From Candidatus Poseidoniaceae archaeon (GTDB lineage: Archaea; Thermoplasmatota; Poseidoniia; Poseidoniales; Poseidoniaceae), in contig CALSTM010000002.1 of the NCBI GenBank assembly GCA_943789275.1, positions 30,001 to 62,000 of the forward strand: 32,000 nt of DNA, in the 5' to 3' direction. How positions within the stretch are numbered: position 1 is the stretch's first letter; each line of letters starts with the position of its first letter. The translations under genes and the position numbers were made by a program. The notes beneath the pieces were generated by a model. That model was not told the DNA's origin and ran no database searches. It worked only from the letters and a program-made list of their open reading frames with translations. Below, piece by piece: positions 24,178-32,000 of this stretch.

Positions 24178-24804
24178 AGAGAGAAGTTTGTCAATCTCTG
24201 ATTGAGGAACGGCAACATAGCCGTCTTTGGCGGTAATAACCGCCAAATCCATGCCGTTGCCGGAGGCGGCATCTCGCTGCCCCGATGCGTGAAGGGCACG
24301 GGCCGCGAGTTTCAATGCATCGGTACGAGACATACCTTCGCTGAACCCGTCTTCCAGAACACCGTACATGTACGGAGAACCGGAGCCAGTGGCGCAATAC
24401 AGGTCAGGAATTGAACCACCTGCAGAATCTATAGAGTAAACATGTCCGCCTTCTTCATCGACGCCGACAATCAACAGTTGAACCCAATGAGGGCGTCCAG
24501 AAAGAATGTTCGCTGTGAGCGTAGCAGCACCACGAACCGTCATTTGTTGCTGACGTCGAAGTTGAAAGAGTGCTACTTCCGCCGAAAGAGTACGGGAAAG
24601 CGATTGTGCGTGTCCAACCAAGCCTGCAGTGGTGAGGGCCAGATTCTCGCCAATTTTGAAGAGTTTTTGTACGCTTTTGTTCGCAATGAAATGACCCATA
24701 GTTGCTCTGTGGTCCGCTCCTACGACGACACCGCCGTTGAAGGTGATGCCTATTGTGCTGGTCCCGGTTTTCAATACATTCTGCTGCGCTTCCATTGTCA
24801 TCAA
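24175..24804 (-). CDS. psmB: Proteasome beta subunit precursor
   Basis: Short propeptide followed by G|TSTIGITFNGGVVVGADHRAT (catalytic Thr). Ntn-hydrolase pattern throughout. Confidence 0.93.
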   Translation of the reverse strand: MMTMEAQQNVLKTGTSTIGITFNGGVVVGADHRATMGHFIANKSVQKLFKIGENLALTTAGLVGHAQSLSRTLSAEVALFQLRRQQQMTVRGAATLTANILSGRPHWVQLLIVGVDEEGGHVYSIDSAGGSIPDLYCATGSGSPYMYGVLEDGFSEGMSRTDALKLAARALHASGQRDAASGNGMDLAVITAKDGYVAVPQSEIDKLLS

Positions 24805-24974
24805 TCCTTTGTTTTAGTCGACACCTCTTGAACCTTGAGGCGCAATTGCACGGTATCAACGGACCCTTATCAACCCCACGAAGCCGTCGGCTTCTCCATT
24901 GTGGCACCCAAAAAAGTCCGGAATCGCATTGATTCATGGGAGTCTTCTTGAGGTGGTGGTTGTGAGGGTGCGTC

Positions 24975-25604
24975 ATGCGCCGGAGGAGAAAAGGCAAGAA
25001 AGACGAAGGGCAATCTTCTCTGGACGCCTTCACCAACACTGAACCGGTTCCGAAAAAAGAGAGCGTCCCCGTTGTTCCTTCGATGCCGGACCTTGATGCC
25101 TTAACACGGGCAGATGAGAAAGCCCGTCAAATCACAGAACAAGCAGAAACTTCAGTTCCTGAGACTGAGGGAAGCAAACCTCTTCGAACCTTCAGTATGC
25201 CAAGCATGCAACAGCATGAAACCTTTACCGCACCTGAAGCGGAAGTAATCTACCACAAACTCGGAGAAATGTATCCTCACGCCCCCGTCATTGATTCTCA
25301 GCATGGACTTGTCTTGCACCGTGCAGTCCTCAACGACATCACTGGATGCGGTCAACTCATGGATTGGGTGGCAGATGACCATGCCGTCATCGTTGAAATG
25401 AATCGATTGATGAAAAAGACGGTCGAGTTCAACAGCGCCATAGCTCGACTCAACACATTCATTGATTCGGATTTAGGTGGCCAGATTATCCAAATGACGG
25501 AGACTCGATTGATGTTGCTCCCACCTGGCTGCCGAGGCGTTCGTGGCGTTGACATGGAAGCATTTGCCGTCGATGCAAAAGAACTTGGAAGGCAGGGATT
25601 GTGA
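24975..25604 (+). CDS. sepF: SepF-like (DUF552) cell-division protein with a long low-complexity N-terminal region
   Basis: The C-terminal ~90 aa (LVLHRAVLNDITGCGQLMDWVADDHAVIVEMNRL...LGGQIIQMTETRLMLLPPG) follow the SepF core pattern. GAGGGTG SD lies 5-7 nt upstream of ATG 24975. Assigned by pattern only. Confidence 0.5.
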   Translation: MRRRRKGKKDEGQSSLDAFTNTEPVPKKESVPVVPSMPDLDALTRADEKARQITEQAETSVPETEGSKPLRTFSMPSMQQHETFTAPEAEVIYHKLGEMYPHAPVIDSQHGLVLHRAVLNDITGCGQLMDWVADDHAVIVEMNRLMKKTVEFNSAIARLNTFIDSDLGGQIIQMTETRLMLLPPGCRGVRGVDMEAFAVDAKELGRQGL

Positions 25605-26230
25605 TGGATGAGCAAGACATCAATATCCCGTGCCCCATCTGCCATCAAGAAGGACAATTGCGCATGGTCGCTCATGTCGATGAAATCCCATACTTTGGAG
25701 AACACACACAAGTGACCGTCATGTGCCACGCATGCGGTTGGAGGCAAACGGATTTCATCCCCGCTGAAGGGAAGAAGGCCGGAGCGTGGTCGCTGCTCAT
25801 CGACGAGCCCAAGAAATTACGAAGTCGAGTTGTTCGATCTTCGTCGTGTACCGTAAGAATCCCTGAGTTGGACCTTGAAGTCATGCCGGGGACCAACTCG
25901 ACCGGATACGTCAGTAACATCGAAGGGGTACTCAACAGATTTGTCGACATCATCAACATGGTTCGCAGAGACGTGGTTCGAGACTTGAGCAATCCGGATT
26001 CGGAGCAGGACGAACTTTTGGATTCACTTCAAACGCTTGATGGACTCTTAGAATCAATTGAGAATGCAGGAGACGCATCCCCATTCACGGTTGACTTTCT
26101 CGACCCAAATGGCCATTCCATGATTCTTGACCAAGATGCGAATGAACGAGAACTGACTGCAGAAGAGCTCAAAGAACTGCCAATCGGGCCAGACCCCGCC
26201 GTGTTCTCTTCAGACGATGTTACGAATTAG
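25604..26230 (+). CDS. ZPR1-type zinc-finger protein (archaeal COG1779 family)
   Basis: CPIC...IPYFGEH...CHACGWR zinc ribbon followed by the ZPR1 beta-domain. ATG 25604 overlaps the upstream stop (TGATG). The track start at GTG 25601 is an alternative. Confidence 0.8.
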   Translation: MDEQDINIPCPICHQEGQLRMVAHVDEIPYFGEHTQVTVMCHACGWRQTDFIPAEGKKAGAWSLLIDEPKKLRSRVVRSSSCTVRIPELDLEVMPGTNSTGYVSNIEGVLNRFVDIINMVRRDVVRDLSNPDSEQDELLDSLQTLDGLLESIENAGDASPFTVDFLDPNGHSMILDQDANERELTAEELKELPIGPDPAVFSSDDVTN

Positions 26231-27612
26231 CGTGCGTCTGCGGCAAGAAATTGATCGACAAGATGTGCCGTTTGGTCACGCATTTCATGCAACTCACTCA
26301 GCCATGTTGTGGCTCGTTCTATGCACATTTGTTTCATTTCGCCGGCAAGAATCTTTCCTGAACGATAATCTGAATTGATTTCAGCCAAAAAAGAGTCGTC
26401 GTCTTCAAAGAAGTACATCATGTAACGATAAGCCACATCGATGTCAGGGTTGCCGCCCAAGCGCCGGTGTTCTTCAACGGTCGATTGGCCGCCCGAGAAG
26501 GCACGCTTAATCTTCTTTTCAACAACGGAAATGTCATCGCGTAAGAAAAGCGTCGTCTTTGGTTTACTGCTGCTCATTTTTTCGCCAGTAAGGCCAACTG
26601 CGAAGTGATGATAGGTTGAGGATGGGGCTAAAAGACCCATGCCGCCCAGCGACCGTTCGTATTCAAGCAGCTTGATTCGAATTTTCGTTTTGTCCTTTGA
26701 AGTAGCGCTGGGAACGTTGACGGTGCCTTGCTTCGGATTTGAAAGAATATCGGAAAAGCCGAGATACTCAAGGCATCCAACGATTCCACTGAAGACAGCA
26801 TTCAATCGTTCTTTGTCCAGGCGACCGTTTGGTAATTGTCCCAAAACTTCTGCATTGTCGTCTTGGACCGAAAGGGTGATGACGACACCGGACGATTTTC
26901 CATCGTTGACGTTGAACCAGTTGGTTTTCGAAGCAAGTCCTCTGGTTAAGCGCAAGTGGGGGTCTTGGTCCACGCCGACCGGCACGACAATTGGGCGAAG
27001 ACCGCCGTACTCATCGGTCTGGGGGTGGAGAATGTCACCGACTTGGACTAAGGGAGCTTGTACGTGAGCCAAATTCGTCTCGCCGTTGAAACCGTATATG
27101 GATTCAAACTCGTTGAGGTTTGTGCGTTTTCCGAGTTGGAATCCCAACCGTTGAACAATCGGCCGGGAAGATTGGAAGTATACATTGGTCTTTTCAGGAT
27201 CTAAGCCAAGTGCAGCATAGTGAGAAATGTACTCTTCAAGAGCAACTCGACGGCCTTTCGCCAACGAGACACCTCGAGTGGCTTGACTCTCCAAGTCTGC
27301 TACAGCAATTGTCACATCGCCTCCAAGTTGCTGAAACCATTTCACTTGGTCGATGACCATGGAATGCCCCATGTGCATTTGACCGCTCGGCATGAGACCG
27401 GTGAGGACCCCAAAAGAATCGCCATGCCTTTGAGCATCGAGAACCGTTTCCAATTCTCTGTGCGCGAAAACAATGCCCCTTCGGTGAAGTCGTGAAGGTT
27501 GAGGGAGTGTCACCGAGTCCATGGAAGACAGGCCGAACTGCTCAATGATACGAGAATAATCCGTCGATTGAGCACTACCCCAGGGGTCTATGACCACATC
27601 TTCTCCAGCCAT
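26227..27612 (-). CDS. trpS: Tryptophanyl-tRNA synthetase (archaeal/eukaryotic type) with a roughly 90-aa insertion
   Basis: N-terminal DPWG...DYSRIIEQFG, HIGH-type HMGH, DQDPHLRLTR, KMSSS, and the AGEMKQMCIE C-terminal helix typical of TrpRS. GGAGG SD lies 8 nt upstream of the ATG. Confidence 0.88.
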   Translation of the reverse strand: MAGEDVVIDPWGSAQSTDYSRIIEQFGLSSMDSVTLPQPSRLHRRGIVFAHRELETVLDAQRHGDSFGVLTGLMPSGQMHMGHSMVIDQVKWFQQLGGDVTIAVADLESQATRGVSLAKGRRVALEEYISHYAALGLDPEKTNVYFQSSRPIVQRLGFQLGKRTNLNEFESIYGFNGETNLAHVQAPLVQVGDILHPQTDEYGGLRPIVVPVGVDQDPHLRLTRGLASKTNWFNVNDGKSSGVVITLSVQDDNAEVLGQLPNGRLDKERLNAVFSGIVGCLEYLGFSDILSNPKQGTVNVPSATSKDKTKIRIKLLEYERSLGGMGLLAPSSTYHHFAVGLTGEKMSSSKPKTTLFLRDDISVVEKKIKRAFSGGQSTVEEHRRLGGNPDIDVAYRYMMYFFEDDDSFLAEINSDYRSGKILAGEMKQMCIERATTWLSELHEMRDQTAHLVDQFLAADAR

Positions 27613-27665
27613 GTACTGTTCCTCCGAACCTGCGGTGATGACTTCTTGGCATCAAGGCTTCGCCC

Positions 27666-28943
27666 TTATTCAGCCTCAAACTTCGATTGTTGAGTGCTGT
27701 ATCCCCTTCCGGCTTCAGCGTTCTTTTCTGCGAATGGACCGAGCCCTTCACGCTTGAGGATGTACAGCATCCCAGTGATGGTCGAGACGGCTACGGCTAC
27801 AGCCAAATAGGCCAACCAAGGGGCCTCGCCCAATCCATCTCGTGGCTGAACCAGCCAAGTAAAAACGAGATTGGAGTCCTCTGTGAAGCGCTTCGACCAC
27901 TTGAACAAGTCCGTTGTATCGTGTGCAGCGATGGTCACAGCAGTGGAATAATTGTTCCAAAATTGGGAACGTCCGACAACATCGTAGTCGATGCTGCCGT
28001 TCACCGCTATGGTGACATTGTGACCTCGAACGACGGAGAGGTGGAGGTATTCTGAATCAGCCTGTGTGTACCCCTCAGAAGTTTTCTTTACGCCTTCAAG
28101 CGACATCAGTGAGCCGTTTTCGTCACGGACGTCGGCGACGGACTCCGAGCCCACATCGAAGATCCACGTCATCGGAACATTCCATGCGAACGGTGCAACG
28201 GCCGTACATTGCTCAGTCAAAAGAGACTCGAACTGAATGAGGGTTTGATTGTCGACCACAGTGCTGGAATGAGCAATTTCATAGCAGTCATGGACCGTCC
28301 AATACGACCAAGCCTCACCCCACGTGGTCATCCAAGCTTGCGCCTCTAAATCGAGGTATGAGGCGATGTCTCTATCGTGTCGAATCGTGGCATCGTTTGC
28401 CCTTCCAACCCAGTACAAATTCACCAAACCGCCTTCTTCAACAGCCGTTTGAACTTGCTCCTTCGAACCTATGATTTGTTCGAGGCTGCCACCACGGCGT
28501 CCAAGGTTGAACCAGTCCCAATCGTCGACTGGAGCATCTTCTGCGGAATGCCAAGCCGTCGAAGTCAATCCGTTCATGTCTCCGTGAATTGGAAAACCCT
28601 GACCAGCAATCGTCGTATGTTGACTCATCGTCAGCCCGGGTGGTGTAAACGTCGAGATTGGATTTGCTCCCCAGTGGCTTGCTTCAACGCGTTCTGTGAT
28701 GTAATTTTGACATTCAAGAGCAACTGCACCTGGGTCTGCTTTCCATGAGAGATGAGGCATTCCATAGCAGCCAAACTCATCGCCATTATCGAGGCGTTCT
28801 TGAGAAAGTGCTGTTCGGAGCCAGCCGTCTTCGTCCCATCCGACCTCAGCCATGGCAACCGGGCTGAACGTCGAAGAGAGCAGACAGAGAAGAACTGCGA
28901 CTACAAAACTGCGAAGGAACCGTACTTGTGCGGCAGGAGCCAT
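27666..28943 (-). CDS. Secreted, C-terminally TM-anchored extracellular protein, function unknown
   Basis: ATG 28943 gives a signal peptide (MAPAAQVRFLRSFVVAVLLCLLSSTFSPVAMA). A C-terminal TM helix (WLAYLAVAVAVSTITGMLYIL) is followed by a charged tail. No family recognised. The 43-aa extension in the track is not signal-like. Confidence 0.7.
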   Translation of the reverse strand: MAPAAQVRFLRSFVVAVLLCLLSSTFSPVAMAEVGWDEDGWLRTALSQERLDNGDEFGCYGMPHLSWKADPGAVALECQNYITERVEASHWGANPISTFTPPGLTMSQHTTIAGQGFPIHGDMNGLTSTAWHSAEDAPVDDWDWFNLGRRGGSLEQIIGSKEQVQTAVEEGGLVNLYWVGRANDATIRHDRDIASYLDLEAQAWMTTWGEAWSYWTVHDCYEIAHSSTVVDNQTLIQFESLLTEQCTAVAPFAWNVPMTWIFDVGSESVADVRDENGSLMSLEGVKKTSEGYTQADSEYLHLSVVRGHNVTIAVNGSIDYDVVGRSQFWNNYSTAVTIAAHDTTDLFKWSKRFTEDSNLVFTWLVQPRDGLGEAPWLAYLAVAVAVSTITGMLYILKREGLGPFAEKNAEAGRGYSTQQSKFEAE

Positions 28944-29024
28944 AGAGAACGCTACGGAAGGGATGCTTTGATGGTTTGTATACAGATGACCGAACGAAAA
29001 GAGCGGTGAAAGGTCCTCCATTGC

Positions 29025-29858
29025 ATGAAAACAAAGGGAACAGTCAAAACCCGCGGTGGATTGGATTTTCATATGACAGGAGCGCCATCCTTAGAACAAG
29101 CATGGCAATCACTCAAATCGCACTGGCACATTCCGACAACGGGAGAACCGCTGCAAAAAACGCCAAGTTATGGTATTCTACGCATGTTCCTCTCACCGTT
29201 CTTACGGCCCATACTGAACGCAAAATTAGTTGGCCTGCACAACATTCCTCGCAAAGGCGCGGTGATTCTGGCTGCCAACCATTTGTCGCACGTCGACCCG
29301 ATTCTGGTGATTGCGGCAGCACGCCGAACAACGCACTATCTTGCGAAAGACGGGCATTTCAAGAACGGTGCACTGCGCACGGTCATGCGTGCAACTGGAC
29401 AAATAGAAACGAAAAGAGACGAAGGTGGTGAAGGCGCGCTATCAAGCGCAGCAGATGTACTTTCAGAAGGACAGGCTCTGGGGATTTTTCCGGAGGGGAC
29501 GCGCTCGAAAAGAACGGAAGCACCGTTCCTCTTGCCCGGTAAAACCGGTATTGCCCGACTTGCCGCATCGTATCCTGAAGCAGTGATTGTACCAATAGCT
29601 CTCATCGGAACGAGGGATATGATGAAACCTCAAGACCACAAATTCCCGCGCCTATGGAGAAGAATCGGTCTTTCAGCTGGTGAAGGAATCACCTGGATGC
29701 AATGGCTGGAACACGAGAACGGAGGCAACATGACGACCGCGCAATTAACCGCCATGGCAGCGCAGGAAGACCATGAGATTCGCTCATCCCTTGCCAACCT
29801 CTATAGAAAGTTCACCGATCAAATAATGGCAAGTATTTCGACGCTTGGCGCTCCATAG
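29025..29858 (+). CDS. plsC: 1-acyl-sn-glycerol-3-phosphate acyltransferase-like (PlsC family)
   Basis: Acyltransferase motif I AANHLSHVDP (HX4D), motif III FPEGTRS and motif IV-like VPIALIG. Start is ATG 29025 or ATG 29073. Confidence 0.8.
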   Translation: MKTKGTVKTRGGLDFHMTGAPSLEQAWQSLKSHWHIPTTGEPLQKTPSYGILRMFLSPFLRPILNAKLVGLHNIPRKGAVILAANHLSHVDPILVIAAARRTTHYLAKDGHFKNGALRTVMRATGQIETKRDEGGEGALSSAADVLSEGQALGIFPEGTRSKRTEAPFLLPGKTGIARLAASYPEAVIVPIALIGTRDMMKPQDHKFPRLWRRIGLSAGEGITWMQWLEHENGGNMTTAQLTAMAAQEDHEIRSSLANLYRKFTDQIMASISTLGAP

Positions 29859-29887
29859 TTGAAGTACAGTCAACCGCTTACCTCTAC

Positions 29888-30559
29888 GTGAAGCGTATAG
29901 ACACCCAATTAGGAACACTCGTTCTCGACGACCATGTATGTCCAACGCGATTAAAGGCGGAACTTCGAGGTTTGGAGTTGTTGTGTTCAATCGTCAACTC
30001 AACTCCAATATGGAGTCTTGAGTTGGATTCTGAAAAACCCTTCATCATCTCAAACGATAACGGACCCACTGTACTCATCGATATTTTTGAGAGCATCAGA
30101 AAGAAGGTATGTGAGGGAGACCCCCACATTACAGTGTACATGTCACAACGTCCGGTTTGCATACTTCGAGACTGTGATGTGGTCGACACACCGTCGACGG
30201 ATTCCCTCGTGTCTCTCGTGCTGCTTGGAATCGCTGGTTGGCCGATTGATTCAACACCGCCAACACTTGGGAAAAAATCCATCATGGCCTCATCCATGGA
30301 TATCGAAGACACCACGACGCTCTCAACGGCTGATTACAATCAGATTCAATCAGCACTCCATCTACAGCAAGAAGGGTTCACTCATGCAGGAATTTCGGTT
30401 CTGGCACAAATGGCTCGAAGATTGTATGTTTGCAGATGCTGGCATATTGATAAAATTAAACTGATCCTCCAGCCGATTTTAGAAACCTTTGAAGACGCTG
30501 AACTTCAGACCTATCTGCGACAACCGGATGAACAAACCGATGTTCTTTTCCTCACTTAG
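29888..30559 (+). CDS. Hypothetical cytoplasmic protein (223 aa), no family recognised
   Basis: Longest ORF in the interval, with a GTG start 29 nt after the plsC-like stop. Co-oriented with thyA-folA. The antisense 143-aa ORF is less protein-like. Confidence 0.5.
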   Translation: MKRIDTQLGTLVLDDHVCPTRLKAELRGLELLCSIVNSTPIWSLELDSEKPFIISNDNGPTVLIDIFESIRKKVCEGDPHITVYMSQRPVCILRDCDVVDTPSTDSLVSLVLLGIAGWPIDSTPPTLGKKSIMASSMDIEDTTTLSTADYNQIQSALHLQQEGFTHAGISVLAQMARRLYVCRCWHIDKIKLILQPILETFEDAELQTYLRQPDEQTDVLFLT

Positions 30560-30621
30560 GACGACACAATCGCTCAAGAATGCTCAAGTGCTGTCGGTTA
30601 CGACAATTCATCGGTGAGTGA

Positions 30622-31416
30622 ATGAAAGTCTACCATGACCTAATACAGCGCATTCTTGACGAAGGTGAAGAAAAAGGCGACCGAACTGGCACGGGCACAC
30701 TTTCGGTCTTTGGACACCAAATGCGCTTTGACCTTTCGGAAGGGTTCCCGATGGTAACCACGAAGAAGCTTCACCTTCGTTCCATTGTCCACGAACTCTT
30801 ATGGTTTCTCAAAGGCGATACGAACGTCAAGTACCTCCAAGAAAATGGCGTTCGCATCTGGAACGAATGGGCCGATGAAAACGGCGATTTAGGGCCTGTT
30901 TACGGCAAGCAGTGGAGAAAATGGGAAGCAAACGATGGCCGAATAATTGACCAAGTCGAACAGGCTATTGACATGATCAAAAACAACCCGAACAGTCGAA
31001 GAATAATCGTATCTGCATGGAATGTTGGCGAGCTTGATGAAATGGCCTTGATGCCGTGCCACGCTTTCTTCCAGTTCCATGTCGCAAACGGCAAATTGAA
31101 CTGCCAACTTTACCAAAGAAGTGCAGATGTTTTTCTGGGCGTCCCGTTTAACATTGCTTCGTATGCGTTGCTTACCGAAATGATGGCTCAAATATGTGGT
31201 TTGAAAGCAGGAACATTTGTCCATACCCTCGGTGATGCACATTTGTACACCAACCATCTTGAGCAAGCCAATCTACAAATCACCCGTGAACCAATGAAGT
31301 TGCCAACCTTGAAACTCAACCCAGAGTGCACGACCATTGACTCGTTCACCTTCGAAGACATCGAGGTCGAGGGTTACCAGCATCACCCGCATATCTCTGC
31401 ACCGATTGCAGTCTGA
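30622..31416 (+). CDS. thyA: Thymidylate synthase (ThyA type)
   Basis: [31 protein letters not shown]..., the catalytic [10 protein letters not shown], and [23 protein letters not shown] lies upstream. Confidence 0.95.
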   Translation: MKVYHDLIQRILDEGEEKGDRTGTGTLSVFGHQMRFDLSEGFPMVTTKKLHLRSIVHELLWFLKGDTNVKYLQENGVRIWNEWADENGDLGPVYGKQWRKWEANDGRIIDQVEQAIDMIKNNPNSRRIIVSAWNVGELDEMALMPCHAFFQFHVANGKLNCQLYQRSADVFLGVPFNIASYALLTEMMAQICGLKAGTFVHTLGDAHLYTNHLEQANLQITREPMKLPTLKLNPECTTIDSFTFEDIEVEGYQHHPHISAPIAV

Positions 31417-31425
31417 GGCGATTCT

Positions 31426-31893
31426 ATGTTTACAATGATTTTCGCATGTGATTTGAACGGAGCCATTGGTAAAGACGGCGACTTACCCTGGCGGCAATCT
31501 TCGGACTTGCAGCACTTCAAGCGCATAACGATGTCGAAAACAATGGTGATGGGTCGAAAAACATGGGAAAGCCTACCTGGCAAACTCCCGGGACGACGGC
31601 ACATCGTTTTGTCACGAGCACCTCGAGAGGATATTGAAGTGATGTCCTATGAACAAATCCTTGAACTTGGTGAATCTGAAGAACTGATGATTATCGGGGG
31701 AGGAGAAATCTACCAATTGTTCATGGAACACACCAAAGAGATTCACAAAACCATTATTGACACGAGAGTTGAGGACGCTGACGTCTTCGCACCTTCGATG
31801 GAGGGGGAGGGTTTTCACATGATTGGAGAGCGGTTCGTCAATGCTGGCCCTCGTGACGAGCACAACATGGTGTTCCAACACTGGATTCGATGA
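31426..31893 (+). CDS. folA: Dihydrofolate reductase
   Basis: IFACDLNGAIGKDGDLPW, VMGRKTWESLP and LMIIGGGEIY motifs. It starts 9 nt after the thyA stop. Confidence 0.93.
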   Translation: MFTMIFACDLNGAIGKDGDLPWRQSSDLQHFKRITMSKTMVMGRKTWESLPGKLPGRRHIVLSRAPREDIEVMSYEQILELGESEELMIIGGGEIYQLFMEHTKEIHKTIIDTRVEDADVFAPSMEGEGFHMIGERFVNAGPRDEHNMVFQHWIR

Positions 31894-32000
31894 TCATTCC
31901 TCGGGCGTGTACTCGGTCACCCGTAAACCAAGCCTTCCTTGGCGAGAAGGACGTTGCATGATTTTGGCATACTTTGCTTCAAAGGCAGCTTTCAAGTCCA
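31894..32000 (-). CDS. 3' end of a gene entering from beyond the window (...DLKAAFEAKYAKIMQRPSRQGRLGLRVTEYTPEE*)
   Basis: The minus-strand frame is open from the window edge to TGA at 31896-31894, convergent with folA. Identity unknown. Confidence 0.3.
   Translation of the reverse strand, partial: DLKAAFEAKYAKIMQRPSRQGRLGLRVTEYTPEE

Noticed and set aside
24880-24894. A perfect palindrome GAAGCCG-T-CGGCTTC in the divergent psmB / SepF-like promoter region.
   Set aside because: It could be an operator or a hairpin. However, it occurs once, has no second copy or adjacent TATA relationship that I could establish, and shares no half-site with the 2483-2498 palindrome. This is not enough to support a call.
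24455-25039. A 194-aa minus-strand ORF spanning psmB and its upstream region.
   Set aside because: It is out of frame within the well-supported psmB gene and has an Arg/Cys/Ser-rich, non-protein-like translation.
30572-30588. A direct repeat GCTCAAG-N3-GCTCAAG (10-nt phasing) upstream of thyA.
   Set aside because: A short 7-mer repeated once is compatible with chance. I saw no promoter element nearby, and thyA may be co-transcribed with the upstream ORF.
1-32000. A scan for CRISPR arrays, long tandem repeats, IS elements and rRNA genes.
   Set aside because: I found no regularly spaced direct repeats, no transposase-like ORFs and no rRNA-like conserved blocks by eye. A computational repeat search would be needed to exclude short or degenerate arrays.

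Overview
This is a gene-dense archaeal chromosomal segment with about 36 protein genes, 2 tRNAs and 1 RNase P RNA. I found no rRNA, CRISPR array, transposase or integrase. Archaeal hallmarks are aCPSF1/FttA (KH + beta-CASP RNase), proteasome beta subunit, a ZPR1-type zinc-finger protein, a SepF-like protein, a type-A RNase P RNA and tRNA genes with encoded CCA. Several traits suggest a marine Thermoplasmatota / Marine Group II-like organism, but this is inference only: Ni-superoxide dismutase with its protease, a PlsC-like acyltransferase, ThyA+DHFR, VKOR and a giant surface protein. Layout, left to right: (1) a VKOR + thioredoxin-like pair, an NAD-epimerase, a membrane GT2 glycosyltransferase and an RND/MMPL-type exporter; (2) RNase P RNA on the minus strand, missed by the ORF track; (3) a 1674-aa secreted, C-terminally anchored surface protein; (4) rpiA, tRNA-Lys(CUU), sodX-sodN-arcC, asnS and a saccharopine-dehydrogenase-like gene; (5) a HAD phosphatase, a divergent GT2 pair (one with degenerate catalytic motifs) and a parvulin; (6) tRNA-Pro(UGG), a zinc-ribbon protein and a PvlArgDC-like protein lacking the self-cleavage serines; (7) aCPSF1, psmB, a SepF-like gene, ZPR1 and trpS with a roughly 90-aa insertion; (8) an anchored extracellular orphan protein, a PlsC-like acyltransferase, a hypothetical protein, thyA and folA. 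Most genes carry GGTGA/GGAGG-type Shine-Dalgarno elements, which helped start-codon choice. Several track ORFs are over-extended at the 5' end. The observations most worth follow-up are: a cloverleaf-like structured spacer that sequesters the aCPSF1 SD against an anti-SD mimic abutting the psmB stop; an unannotated 35-aa double CPxCG zinc-ribbon micro-ORF; the serine-less PvlArgDC homologue; the GT2 pseudoenzyme/enzyme pair; and the GT2 + RND exporter + giant surface protein envelope cluster. None of these is proven to be a new system from sequence alone.
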